Source: Pelomyxa schiedti
Taxonomy: Eukaryota; Protista; Evosea
Direction of reading: 5' to 3'
NCBI GenBank assembly: GCA_020536535.1
Contig: JAHLWZ010000151.1
Span: 30,965-94,964 of the forward strand
DNA: 64,000 bases
A program made the position numbers and the translations under genes. The notes beneath the pieces are model-generated. The model worked only from the letters and a program-made list of their open reading frames with translations. It ran no database searches and was not told the origin of the DNA. Positions 48,454 through 60,400 of the stretch are shown in pieces. The number at the start of each line of letters is the position of its first letter. Position 1 is the first letter of the stretch.

Positions 48454-49334
48454 GTATAGCCGATGAACTCAATTTACCGCCTCAGCATTACCTTAGGCCA
48501 ATGGCTCTTCCTACCGAAACCATCGAAAACAAGAGTGTGAAAAAACAAAGCGGCATTCATGTTTTGGGTAAAAACCAATACATGCAAGTGGATACTTCTT
48601 TTTTCCAATTTGACGGGCCAGATTCACCAGTACTATGTTTCTCCAACACGGTATTGTTGCATGCCAGCACTACCCAGTCTCAAGTCACCATTCTTCCCCA
48701 CACAGTCCAACTTCAATAAAACCCAACACACTGTGGCGAGGTACTTCGTGTCCCTGTGTTCTAAGTGCGGTTCTAATCACTGATGGATTTCCGGGAACTT
48801 CCGTGCATCTGTTAGTACCCTGAGAAGAGATTCAGGCGACACCTAGGAGTGATTCTGGTGCTTGAAGGCGGGAGCAACACCATTGTAGTTACTCACTAAT
48901 CTTGTGTTTGTGTTCGGGATTCTTTCTCCCTTACTACACAAGTAAAACAACAACCATCCACACCAGCACACCTCACAGTGTGGTCTCTATCCAAACCCAA
49001 TCTACCTCGGCACACACTAAAAGAACATTTGTCTCAAAACCAACTTTTTTTTCTCAGTCTTTCCTCAGGACAGTTGGTTTTAGATGTGGAGGAGGTAGAG
49101 GTTGTTGTGGGTTAATTGGTAGATTTGGAACGACGGTAAGTTCTATTGCTCAAGCAAACGGGCATATCACTAGCACTGATGGTGTGTGCTGTAGAGGCTT
49201 TCTCAAAACAGCAAAGCGCGTAAAGGAGGACCAGCAGGAAGGTGACTATGACCAACTCGGGTGCGAAAAAGCCAAACCAGTTATAGACCGTACGCGGAGT
49301 GATTTCGCGAGCACCCGGAGTATATGGCTGATGG

Positions 49335-50947
49335 TCACCCGTACCAGACAGCCATGTGGAGGTTGGCACCGTAAAGGTAGACCATTTTGGGAATTGGCAG
49401 TTCCCAGCGGGAACCTGTGACGGGCTTGCCACCTGGCATTACAAATATGAGTATTGGTTGGAAGTGGAGGATGGGCTGTTGCCCAACCAATAATAGCAGA
49501 CACGGCTGGGGCAATGCCATTAAGTACAGGAGGGGTCACTGAGTGGCCAGGTACCAGTGGGCCACTGGCGTAGCCTAAACACCAGAGTTAGATCATGGAA
49601 TCCTGAGTGAAGATATTGTCGGAATAAAGTGGGGTGTGCAGTACACAGTCCAAATGGCATTAATTGACTTTGTCCACAGTTTCACTTGACCAATGGCTGC
49701 CAGCCCCACTTCTGCGTCATACAACGCAAAGTGAGAAACAGCAAAAACTTTCAAATCTGGCCGCGGGCCATTGGACCAAATTTCGTCCATAATTGCCAGT
49801 ACAAGGCTGGAACAGGAATAAGCCAAGATTCAGAAAAGGCATTAAAGCTTACGCAGGGCTAGAAAAAGTGTAAATAGGAAAGATGAGTATGATTGTGTCA
49901 ACGGATTTAGTTGCCGCTGCAACTGCAGCAGGATTGTGCCCAGTTGCAAGCTCCACATGAACATCAGAACAGTTTTTATGTAAAAACTGCTCCACCTGTC
50001 GTGACACTTCTAAAGTGAACCCTTTCATATTTCTGCTGGCTGGTATAATCAAAACCCTGGTGCAACTTAATTATCGTCGAACAGGGGAGTATACCTCTGA
50101 GAGTGCTCTGAAGGAGATGGAACATAGGTATCAGCTAACTCCCTTGAAAGAGTCACTACAGGAGCATCTGCCGCTCTCCGTTTGCGTGTATCGCGCGCTT
50201 GTACTATTTCTCTCTCAATCTGAGCCGAACTCCAGGTTGTAGAGATAAAAACTGGAACACAACCCAGTGGAAAATGATTCCCATGGAATTTCAGAGCACA
50301 CTCAAACACTTTCTTTTCTTCTTCACTGTATTTTTTTGTGAGAATTGAATGAACATAGCGAAAATGAAAGGCTTACATAACACCTGGGGGAGCAAAAACA
50401 ATTGGGAGTAATGCTTTTTTCTTGTAAGAACGCAGTGGGTGGCAAGTTAGACCATTCTTGATGATAATAGACGGGTGAAGAACTACTAGTAATCTATCTA
50501 AGCACTACAGATTATTAACAATCTTGTGGTAAGAGGGTGTGAACAGGAGTATACAAGGCCTAACTTTCAAGAGTGAACATACCTTCTTAGTAGGTTCATT
50601 AAGAGAGCCATGGACCAAAGGTGAAAGTAGAACAAGAATATCTGACTGAGCTTCCTTCACATATACGTCTTGCATGCAGTCTCTAAATATCTATGTCAAA
50701 ACACGAAAAAATAACGAGACCAACTTTATGGCACAACGACCAGAGGTGTAGCGTGTCTGGCAAGAAGTGCACCTGTTGATCTTTGTGTGTTAGACACGCA
50801 AGGCAAAAATCATGTAACTGAACCCACAGATGCTTTGGTGCATCCTATGATGTTGTAGCAGTGTGTAGGGATGAAGGGGCGCAGTGTACCCTGCAGTACT
50901 ACGAACCGATAGTACGAAAGGGATTCTCTTAATTCTCGTTTTTTCAT
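49335..50947 (-). CDS. Tandem flavodoxin-fold protein (iron-sulfur flavoprotein/FMN-reductase-like domain fused to a second flavodoxin-like domain); many short introns, both ends uncertain
   Basis: Manual splicing gives INRCTSCQTRYTSGRCAIKDCMQDVYVKEAQSDILVLLSPLVHGSLNEPTKKCLDRLL...HPLRSYKK, then RVLIIPASRNMKGFT...DTIILIFPIYTFSSP...PIPKMVYLYGAN. Confidence 0.7.
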
Positions 50948-51400
50948 AGAAAATGATGGTAAAAAACGAGCAAAACAAGATGTGGCTGTTTTTTAAAACA
51001 CCATAAAGGCCAGCATTCCGATCCGTTGATTATTGATTCAGCCATGTGGGCACATCTTGAATCGGGAGGCCAATATTGTGTGTGATAGGAGACCAGAGTC
51101 CGGTTGGGGTGACGTCAACTGTGATTGGTCACTGGGCGCGACCCCACAAGTGTCTGCAAGTAGAAACTACCGACTCTGCGAATCCAGCCTCCTCCGTTTA
51201 CCCACACCCTTGGTTTCAACGATAAACGAACCGTACAGGTGGGCAACAAACCATCGATGAGGCTATGTTAGGCACACTTTTTTTTAGAATTCCTAAAGGA
51301 GGTCTTCGAAGAACACTTGTTTCTTCACGTAGACGGCGGTTCTAGGAACTCAAATAGCACAAAAAAAAGTGAGAACAAGATTAAATAACAGGTCCCGACC

Positions 51401-54400
51401 ATGGCGCGCACAGGGCAGCAAAACACTGACAGGTGGTGCTCTTCTCCAACATAAATTTTGGAGCGCGGGGTGCAGCGATTTTTTTTATCATCAACTGTTT
51501 TCTTCTTAATTCTGGCGTAGGTTCCTTGTTGCGGTCACAGGCACAAGCTGCCGATTTCCGACTGCGATAAATATCGACGAGTACTACAACCTCTTGCACA
51601 GCTGCGCCGACGCCGTCGGAGTTGTTCCGGCTCACAAGCTGAACACCGCGGTACACTGCGTTTCAGGAAAGATCAAGACCCCCTGTGCCGGAGCATTGAA
51701 TGACCCCCTTACGCACTGCGATCCCGCTTTCTTTGGCTTGCTGTCTCGCGAGGCCTCGTTCCTGAGCCCGGTCCAGCACCAACTGATGCAGATCTCCTGC
51801 GAGGCACTGGCCGATGCCGGCGAGCCTTTCACCGTCGTACCGCCCGGCGCCAGCTCCGACAACGAGGGTCCCGGCAAGTACGTCGGCGTTTTCGTCGCAA
51901 GCTTCGGGATGGACTGGCCCGTGATCCTCATGACGACGGAGGCTGACATATCTCCATACACTGCGAACGGTGCAGCCCTGACCATGCTGAGCAACAGGCT
52001 GTCGTGGTTCTTCGACTTCAAGGGGCCCAGTGTCACCGTCGACACTGCCTGCAGCGGCTCGCTGGTTGCATTGCATTTCGCATATACGAGCTTAAGAGAC
52101 GGCGACTGCGACGCGGCCTTGGTCGCCGCTTCCAATTTGATCTTACTGCCCCAATTTTCTCTTTCTGTATCTCGAGCGGGGATGACTACGCCCTCTGGAA
52201 GGTGTCACACGTTTGGTTCCAATGCGGACGGCTATGTTCGTGCAGAAGGAACCTCTGCCTTGTTTTTGAAAGTATGTTTGAAAAATTGTACAAGCATTCA
52301 TTGATTTGTGTTTTCCTCCCTTTGAAAACAAAAATTTTCTAGCCTCTGGCTGATGCAGAGGCCAATGGTGATCATATCTACTGCGTGATATCTGGCACAG
52401 CCACCAATCACGACGGAAGCAAGCAGTTTATCAATCGGCCATCAACCAGTGGTCAGGTGCCCGTTGTGCAGCGAGCTCTGACAGTGGCACAAGTAGATCC
52501 AAAGGACGTGACATATGTTGAGGCTCATGGAACGGGAACTCCAGTGGGTGATCCAATCGAGGTGGAAACCCTGAGGAGAGTTTTCAGTGAGGAGGTGACT
52601 GGAACAAGAGGTCCTTGCTTTATTGGTTCCGTAAAAGCGAACATTGGGCACTCTGAGGCAGTTGCTGGGTTGGCGAGTCTCACCAAAGTCATTCTTATGT
52701 TACAGGTTTACACTTCCATGAGATTTACTTATTACTCACACTCGTTTAGCACGATGAAATTTTCCCCCAGATGACCGTGCCTATTAATACCCACATTCAC
52801 TTTGGAAGCCTATCTGTCTCCTGGAAAGGACAGCAGTGGAGTAAGATCACCAAAAAAAGGATTGCTGTTGCCAATTCATTTGGCTTTGGAGGCAGCAATG
52901 CGACCGTCGTCGTTGAGGAGTACCACACAACTCCACGCCCTGATTATGGCCTCGTAGAAAAACCGTTGTTTGTCCCCCCTGAAGAGAGCGTTGGTGGAAA
53001 ACCGTTCTATTTTTTGCCGCTGTCTGCCCACACCACGGCTGCGCTTACTGCATGTGCACAAAAGTGGGTTTCATTCCTATCGGAAAGTAAGTGCAACTTG
53101 TCAGAGATTATTTACAGTGCTGGAAAACGCACAAGTCATTTTTCCCAGCGCCTTGCACTTCTGGGGCGAACAGCACAAGATATTGCAAACGCCTTGGACA
53201 CCTTCATACAAAATCCCAAAGGACAACAGCAAGCAACACCCGAGTCATCGTGGAAGACTGGAACATCTCAACTTCTCACCACAAAGAACAAAATCTTATT
53301 TGTATTTTCAGGTCAGGGGCCTCAATGGTATGCAATGGGAAGGCAGATGTTCTCTGACGATCGTATATTCCACGACGCAATGACACAAGTCGATTCCATT
53401 GGGAGAAGAATCATGGGGTGGTCAGTGATCGAGGAACTTCACAAAGCTGAAAGTGACTCGCGTGTGAATCAGACACAGTTCGCACAAGTGTTGATTTTCG
53501 CTGTCCAAATTGGCCTGAATGCAGTGTGGCAGCACTGGGGAATTGTGCCCGAAGCTGTTGTTGGACACAGTGTTGGTGAAGTGGCTGCCGCCGTCGTGAG
53601 TGGCTACCTGACGCTCGAGGAAGGCGTTCTTGTCATCAGCGTGAGGTCTCGCCTGCAGCAGGCACTCAGTGGGAAAGGGAAAATGCTTGCCATCAACATG
53701 TCGTACACAGAGGCTTCTGAACTCATCTCCGACGTGGTTGGCGTTGATATTGCCTCGGTGAACAGCGCCGATTCCGTTGTTTTGGCTGGAGACCCTGCTG
53801 CTCTGACTTCTTTGGAGAAGACCCTCAAATCCAAGGGGAAGTTTGCAAAGTTTCTGTACGTTCAAAATGCGTTCCACAGTTACCAAACAGAACCGATCAA
53901 AGAGCAGTTGCTTCAGGAGCTGCAAGGACTCTCTCCTGCACCACATCCAAAAATCCCAATGATTTCAACGGTGTATGCCAAACCCCTTACTGAACCCCCA
54001 GGGCCAGACTACTGGTGGAAGAACGTGAGGTGCAGCGTTCTGTTTTACCCTTCTGTCCTGTATGCTCTTGAGGAGAAATTCAACGTTTTTGTGGAGTTGG
54101 CCAATCACCCAGTCCTCTCTGTGTACCTATCTGGCACTGCCACGTCCACACCAAAGAATCCCACTATCATCGTGCACTCGATTGAGCGAAACAAGCCCGA
54201 GAGAATGACGTTGCTGTCAAACCTTACCACGTTGTATGTGAACGGTATCACCAGCATGAACTGGTTCAACATCAGTAATTACCCCCTCGCTGCTCCTGCT
54301 GCAGAAGACAAGGCGAGGTGGGTCAAAATCCCCAATTTTCCAGTGTGGCAAAACACTGTTCCGTTGCACGAACCAAAGGCCTTCACAGCGTACAAGCAGG

Positions 54401-57400
54401 CATCTAATTTCACTCATAGCCTCCTGGGTTTGCGTGACGATAGCCCCGTACCTTCCTGGAGCAACGTTGTTGCACTCAATTTGTATCCTTGGCTCTCCGA
54501 TCACAGAGTGAGTGCTGGAGAGGACATTGTGGTACCAGGGGCGTTCTATTGCGAGCTGGCAACACTGGCTGCAAGGGAGATTTGGAGGACCAACCAGGTT
54601 CATGTGAAAAACTTGGGGTTCCACAGTCCCGTTGTATTGTCCCCTGACTCGTACGTGGATTTCAAGTGTGTGGTCACTGATTACCACCCGGGTGCCCAAC
54701 AAATGGGATTTGAGGTTCACACCAAAGCAGAGCAGGAGAAAACTTTTTCGAGGCGTTCTTCGTGCACAATCGAGCTTATAACTGAATCTACAGAAACTGC
54801 ACTGCCAGACGCAAAACAAGTTGATATTGACGCACTCAAGGCAACGTGCAAACTAATGAAAGGGCATTCAACAGTATACAAAGCTTTCTCTGACATGGGG
54901 TTAAACTACAAATCACTGTTCGCTCCAATTACCAAGATGTTTGTTGACAATTCTAACTACAACGAAGCACTGGGGCTGATGAAATTCAACAGCTCTGCAC
55001 TTGCCTCAGTTGCTCGAAACTCTGCAGTTCACCCAGCTGTTTTGGACGGTTGCTTCCAGTGCATTATTGGTGGGCTGTTAGGCCTACCGGACCTCCGAGG
55101 TTTAACTATACTCCTTCCTTCATCCCTTGGTGATATGCAAATACTCGCTCCACTCAGCACGGAGGGAACGAAAGATTTCCGTGTCAATATCAAAGAAAGC
55201 AGATTTACTCCAGAATACAGCGCAATCGAAGAGGAGCGGATGCGTTCAGCTCTTGAAGAAAACCAGCATTTAGTGCAGTTATGCAAGCATTATTCTGCGC
55301 TCTTTTGCCAGGCAGTCAGTGCAAACAGTGCAGACTGGAGTCCAAGCCATAGAAAATATCTCGATTGGCATAAAAAGCTTTCTGCTGATGTTGTTCCAAC
55401 GTCAGTGCCTCCTTCATATTCTTTCAAGGTGATGAACACTGAAGCGGAGCTGGCCCACAACGTGGGCAAGAAGTTGGTGGACCTTGTCAGCAATGCAGCT
55501 TCTCTTTTTGAAGATGAACACCTCCCCAAATTCTTCCTTGATTCTGTGTCATGTAATATCAACAAAGCCTCGGTTCCGGTTTTGGCACAGTTGTTGCAAT
55601 GTGGGAAGAGAATCAGGATTCTTGAAGTTGGTGGTGGCACTGGTGGTGCAACCAAACAACTTCTTCCTGTGTGTCAAGAAGCCTACAATCGCGGCTGCGA
55701 TATTGAATACATATTCACTGATGCCTCGCCATTCTTTGTCAACAAAGCGAAAGAGATGTTCTCTCACATACCCTTTGTCCAATGCAGCATACTTGATACC
55801 ACAAAACCCTTCCCTGAGGAGCTTCGAGATGTGGACGTAATGGTAGCTTTCGCTGTTGTGCACGTTGTTCCAGTCTTGGCGGACGCTCTCTCTCGAATGT
55901 TTGATGCTATGTCTCCTGGTGGTGTTCTTCTTCTCACAGAGCCAACCAAAAAAGACTATGTGTTCCTCAACTACCTGTTTGGCTTATTTGATCAGTGGTG
56001 GCAAAACGACCCAGCAGATAGAGCTCACGTGTGCATTGAGAGAGAAGAGTGGATTAAGCGTTTGAATAGTGCAGGTTTTTCAGATGTTGTGTCTGACACA
56101 GCTGGCTCCAAAGGGATAGAGCTCGCCTTTGCCTCGTTTATTGCACAAAAACCAATAACTGGAAGCCACACTTTTTCTTCATTTTGGTGCCATACAAAGA
56201 TAACCCATTTCGTTCCTCAGAAATCTATGATTGGTGAAGCTACTTTGATGGACATGTCTGGCAAGCCTCTAATTTCCGTCAAGAACCTGAACCTCAGTGC
56301 CATTTCCAATAAAGTAGCCAACGTATCTCTTGGGAAGGAAAAGTGGGTCGAGCTCCCTCTGGAAGTACCACCACAAGATTCTCCTGCTGAGGAGGCTCCT
56401 ATCAAAAAGGAAGGTGTGTTGATATTTCTTTCCTGCCGTAATGAATTCTGTGAGTCTCTCTTTGCCTCTTTGATATCTCGTTATGAGAATGTTCTGACTG
56501 TAGAGCGTGGATCAAAGACAACAGTGACCTCCGATAAAGACACCACTCTTTGTATTGATCCTTTGAACAAGGACCACTGGGCTCAGTTGGTCAAATCGAT
56601 TGGAAAACCTACGACTTGTGATGTAGTCAACACGTGGCCGGCATCATACTACACAACAAACGAACCAAGTGTGGACGAACTCAAACAAACTTCAGTTGAG
56701 AGTGCGATGTCCCTGGCGTACTTGTCAACAGCCCTGAGCCAAGCCGAATTGAACTGCAGACTGATCACTGTAACAAAGGGAGTCCATGATCCCAGGATGT
56801 CACGTTGTCACACACCAGCGGTTTCATTGTTTACATTGGGAGGTGTTGCTAGAGTTGCTTGTACAGAAACGTCACTTCGCTTGAAGGTGATTGACCTGGA
56901 TCCTTGTGATGAGACAAACAATTCTAAAACGCACGTTATTCAAGAGTTATTGCATGGGTGGAAAAATCCGGTTGAAACTGATGTTTGTATAAGCAACAAC
57001 AGACGATTTGTAGAGAGAGTGAACATTGGTGACTACAAGGAATCTCTTTCCCTTTTGGAATCTCCAGCTGAACCGGTTCAACCCGAGGATGAAGGGTGGG
57101 AAGTTCAATTTGAATCTGCAGGTTCTCTGCCTCACTTCGTGAGAATAAATGCTGGCCGTCCGCTAGCCCCAACCGAGGTCTGCACAGAGATGAACCACGT
57201 TGGTTTGAACTTAAAAGACTCGCTCATTTTCAAGGGACAGCTTGGTGTTGAAGAGGCCACAGGACAGTGGTACAAGTATGGAAAGCTTGGTTTGGAAGGA
57301 TCCGGTGTTGTCAAGCGTGTTGGAAGTGCCGTAACTCACGTGAAACCTGGGGATGAGGTCATTGTACTCACCCGTTTGGGAACTCTGTGTTCACACTTGA

Positions 57401-60400
57401 TTTGTAACTTCCATTCAGTGTTCCCCAAGCCAACAAAAGTCTCGGAGGAAGAAGCTTCCAGTTTGGGGGTTCCAGCCTATACAGCCGTTTACTCTCTTGT
57501 TCACTGTGCGAGGGCCTGCAAAGGGGAGTTTATTATGGTTCATTCTGCTTCAAGTGGAGTTGGTCTGGCTGTAATGCACCTTTCAAAATCCCTTGGATTG
57601 CAAGTGCTGGCCACAGCCTCTTCTGAACGTGAACTGCAGTACCTAAGAGAGGTCGTTGGATTGGAAAATGTAATTGCAGGGAAGGACCCAAAATTTTATC
57701 AGAAGGTCATGGAGCTAACTTCCGGCCGTGGTGTGGATATCGTTGTAAACACGTACAGCGGCACACTCGTTGAAAAGTCCCTTCAAATTCTTGCAAGAAA
57801 TGGGAGGTTTATTCAACTCGTTCCTGGGCAACAGCTTCCCAGAGGACTGCTCACTGAAAACCAGTCCATTCACACCATTGAGCTCTCAAGTATTCCTGAT
57901 GAAAAGCTATTTTATGAACTTGGACCCGACGTTATGAACACGATAGCCTCCTTGGCTGGCGTAGTACCCATCCAGTCTTACGACCTTGCACACATCCAGG
58001 AAGCGTTTGATCAGTTGTCCAACCCAGAGAAAAGAGGCCAAGTCTCCATATCTATTAAGACACCCATTGAAAGGCTGGATATTCTCCCAAGCCACACTGG
58101 TACCAGCTGGTTGTGCAATGCAAACGCGTCTTACTTCGTTTCTGGTGGCTTGAATGGGTTTGGATTTGCAGTTGCTAAATGGTTGTTTTACCATGGCGCA
58201 CGTAATGTTGCCCTTGCTTCCCGTGATGGGAGACCAAAGACAAGCTCTGATAAGCACTCGATTGAGTGGCTGAAGTGTCACGGGTGCAAAGTGCTCTGTC
58301 TATCAATGGACGTGTGCAGCTACGATTCCGTTGCATCAGCATTCAAGGTGCTTGAGGCTGAAATGCCCCCAGTGGAAGGAGTGTACCACTGTGCTGCTTT
58401 GTACGGGGATTGCTCCCTGTATAACCTCACCTCGGAGAAGTTTTCACGTGTTTGTTTTCCAAAACTGGTTGGTGCTTGGAATTTGCACAAAGTTACACTC
58501 TCACATCCAGTCAAGCACTTTGTGATGTTTTCCTCTGTCTCTTCTCTGCTTGGCCGAGACGGACAAGCATCTTACGTTGCTGGAAACTATTTTATGGACA
58601 GATTCGTGCAATACAGGCACCATCTTGGATTGCCTGCCATTGCCATTCAATGGGGCGCAATTGGAGACACTGGAGTTTTGGCCACGTCTCCCTTGCCAGC
58701 AATGTCTCTTGCCGCTGATGGCATAAACCAGGTTTCTGCAACAGATTCTCTCGATTGCCTATATGGCATTCTTTCAACTAAAGAGTCGGATTCACCAATT
58801 TCTTTGTTCTCCGTTGAGATGACTAGCTTCTATCCAAGCAACAGAGCTACCCTTTCACTTGCCAGGTTTTCTGAAAATAAATTCATTGATGAAAATGCTC
58901 ACAAGGCAGTTTCTGGAGATGTTTCTGTGTTTTCCCTCCTGAAATCACGTGTGGCCAAGAGTCTGGGCATTGAGGAACAGACCATTGGAGAAGACATGGT
59001 TTTGGCGTCACAAGGCATAGACAGCCTTGTGGCAACTAGTTTACGCACCTGGATAATGTCTGAGCTTGGTGTTAGCATTTCACCGCTTAAATTGCTGAGT
59101 GGTGTATCAATCGGGGAGTTGGCCTCAGAAATAAGTGCCATGAGAGGTGAGCCTCCAGCGTCGACAGCAGGCCCTGCTGCCACTCCTGCAGCTGCGACAC
59201 CAACTAAACCAGCCCCCAGTGTTACGCCGGCTGCAACTGTGGAAAAACCTGCTGTTGTTGAACATTCTGCAGTTGCTACCAAGGCGCAACCACCAAAAGT
59301 ATTGTCCGAACTACCCTCGCCAAAACCTGAGAGCGTCGCATCTCTCACTACTGCAGTGTCTTCATCAGTGACTCAACTTGTGGGTAGCACTACCCAACAG
59401 CAGAAATCCAAGCGCATTGCAGTATTTGGTGGCTTCAGTCCTGACCCAGACATCAGAACTTGGCTCATTGGCAAGTTGAGAACGTTGTGCAACCTGTTCC
59501 CCTTGATAGACAAGTGGCTCTATGGCGCATCCTCTTCACTATGCATGTTAGTTGCCATCAACCACGAGGCACTGGACAGACTCCACTCCCAGCACCCTGT
59601 GCTGGATAAGTTTTTCCAATCAGGAGGTTCAGTTGATTTGTATTCATGGTAACTATACTCCCAACCTTTTTTTGTGTATGAATTACCTCTCATCTCCTCT
59701 CAGGGTACAGAACGAATCAAGTTGCCCCAGCAATGATGTTCTTTCCACAATGTTTATTGCTTCTCTGTGTACTTTTTACAATATTGCATGCTTTATTGCT
59801 TCCGCACTGTCAACTGGCGATGACGAGGATGATCCTGACGGAAATAACCGATTTATGGCGTACCTGCGATCTTTTGATATCTTGCTTGGGTATTCCTCAG
59901 GGCTGACCTCATGCATGGCTTTGAGCAGAGCAGGTCCGTGTGGTTATGTTTTTTTACCCTTAACCTAACTGCCTTTTTCAGATTCTCTAAAGAAGTTGCA
60001 ATTTATTTCCGCCGCTCTTGCTTGTGCTCAGCTCTTATGCTTTGCTGAATTGATCAATGAGTACATCAAGCAGTGGGGAAAAGATGTCTTCACTAAACCA
60101 TGCCTTGCAACGGTGACAGACTCTCCAGTTGCCATTCAGAAGGCTCTTCAATCCATCAATGCCGAATGCCCAAATGCTCCACTTCATGTCTGCATAGGGA
60201 TGGGTCCTAATTTTGCAGAAATCACAGGTTAGTTGGGTTCTGTTGTGGGAATGAGTAGGGGGAAAAAAATAAGATTCATATTCTAATGCACACATAGGTC
60301 ACCCAACAAGCATAGAGAAACTTAAAGAATTACTGCCTGAGCAGACTTCAACGTTGCCTGTCGTGTTTCCACTTCACAATCCGTATTACATCCATAAGCC

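Noticed and set aside
48454-49334. Possible extra gene or C-terminal TM extension of the flavodoxin gene (ORF 49112-49432)
   Set aside because: No convincing splice junction or motif; left unannotated.
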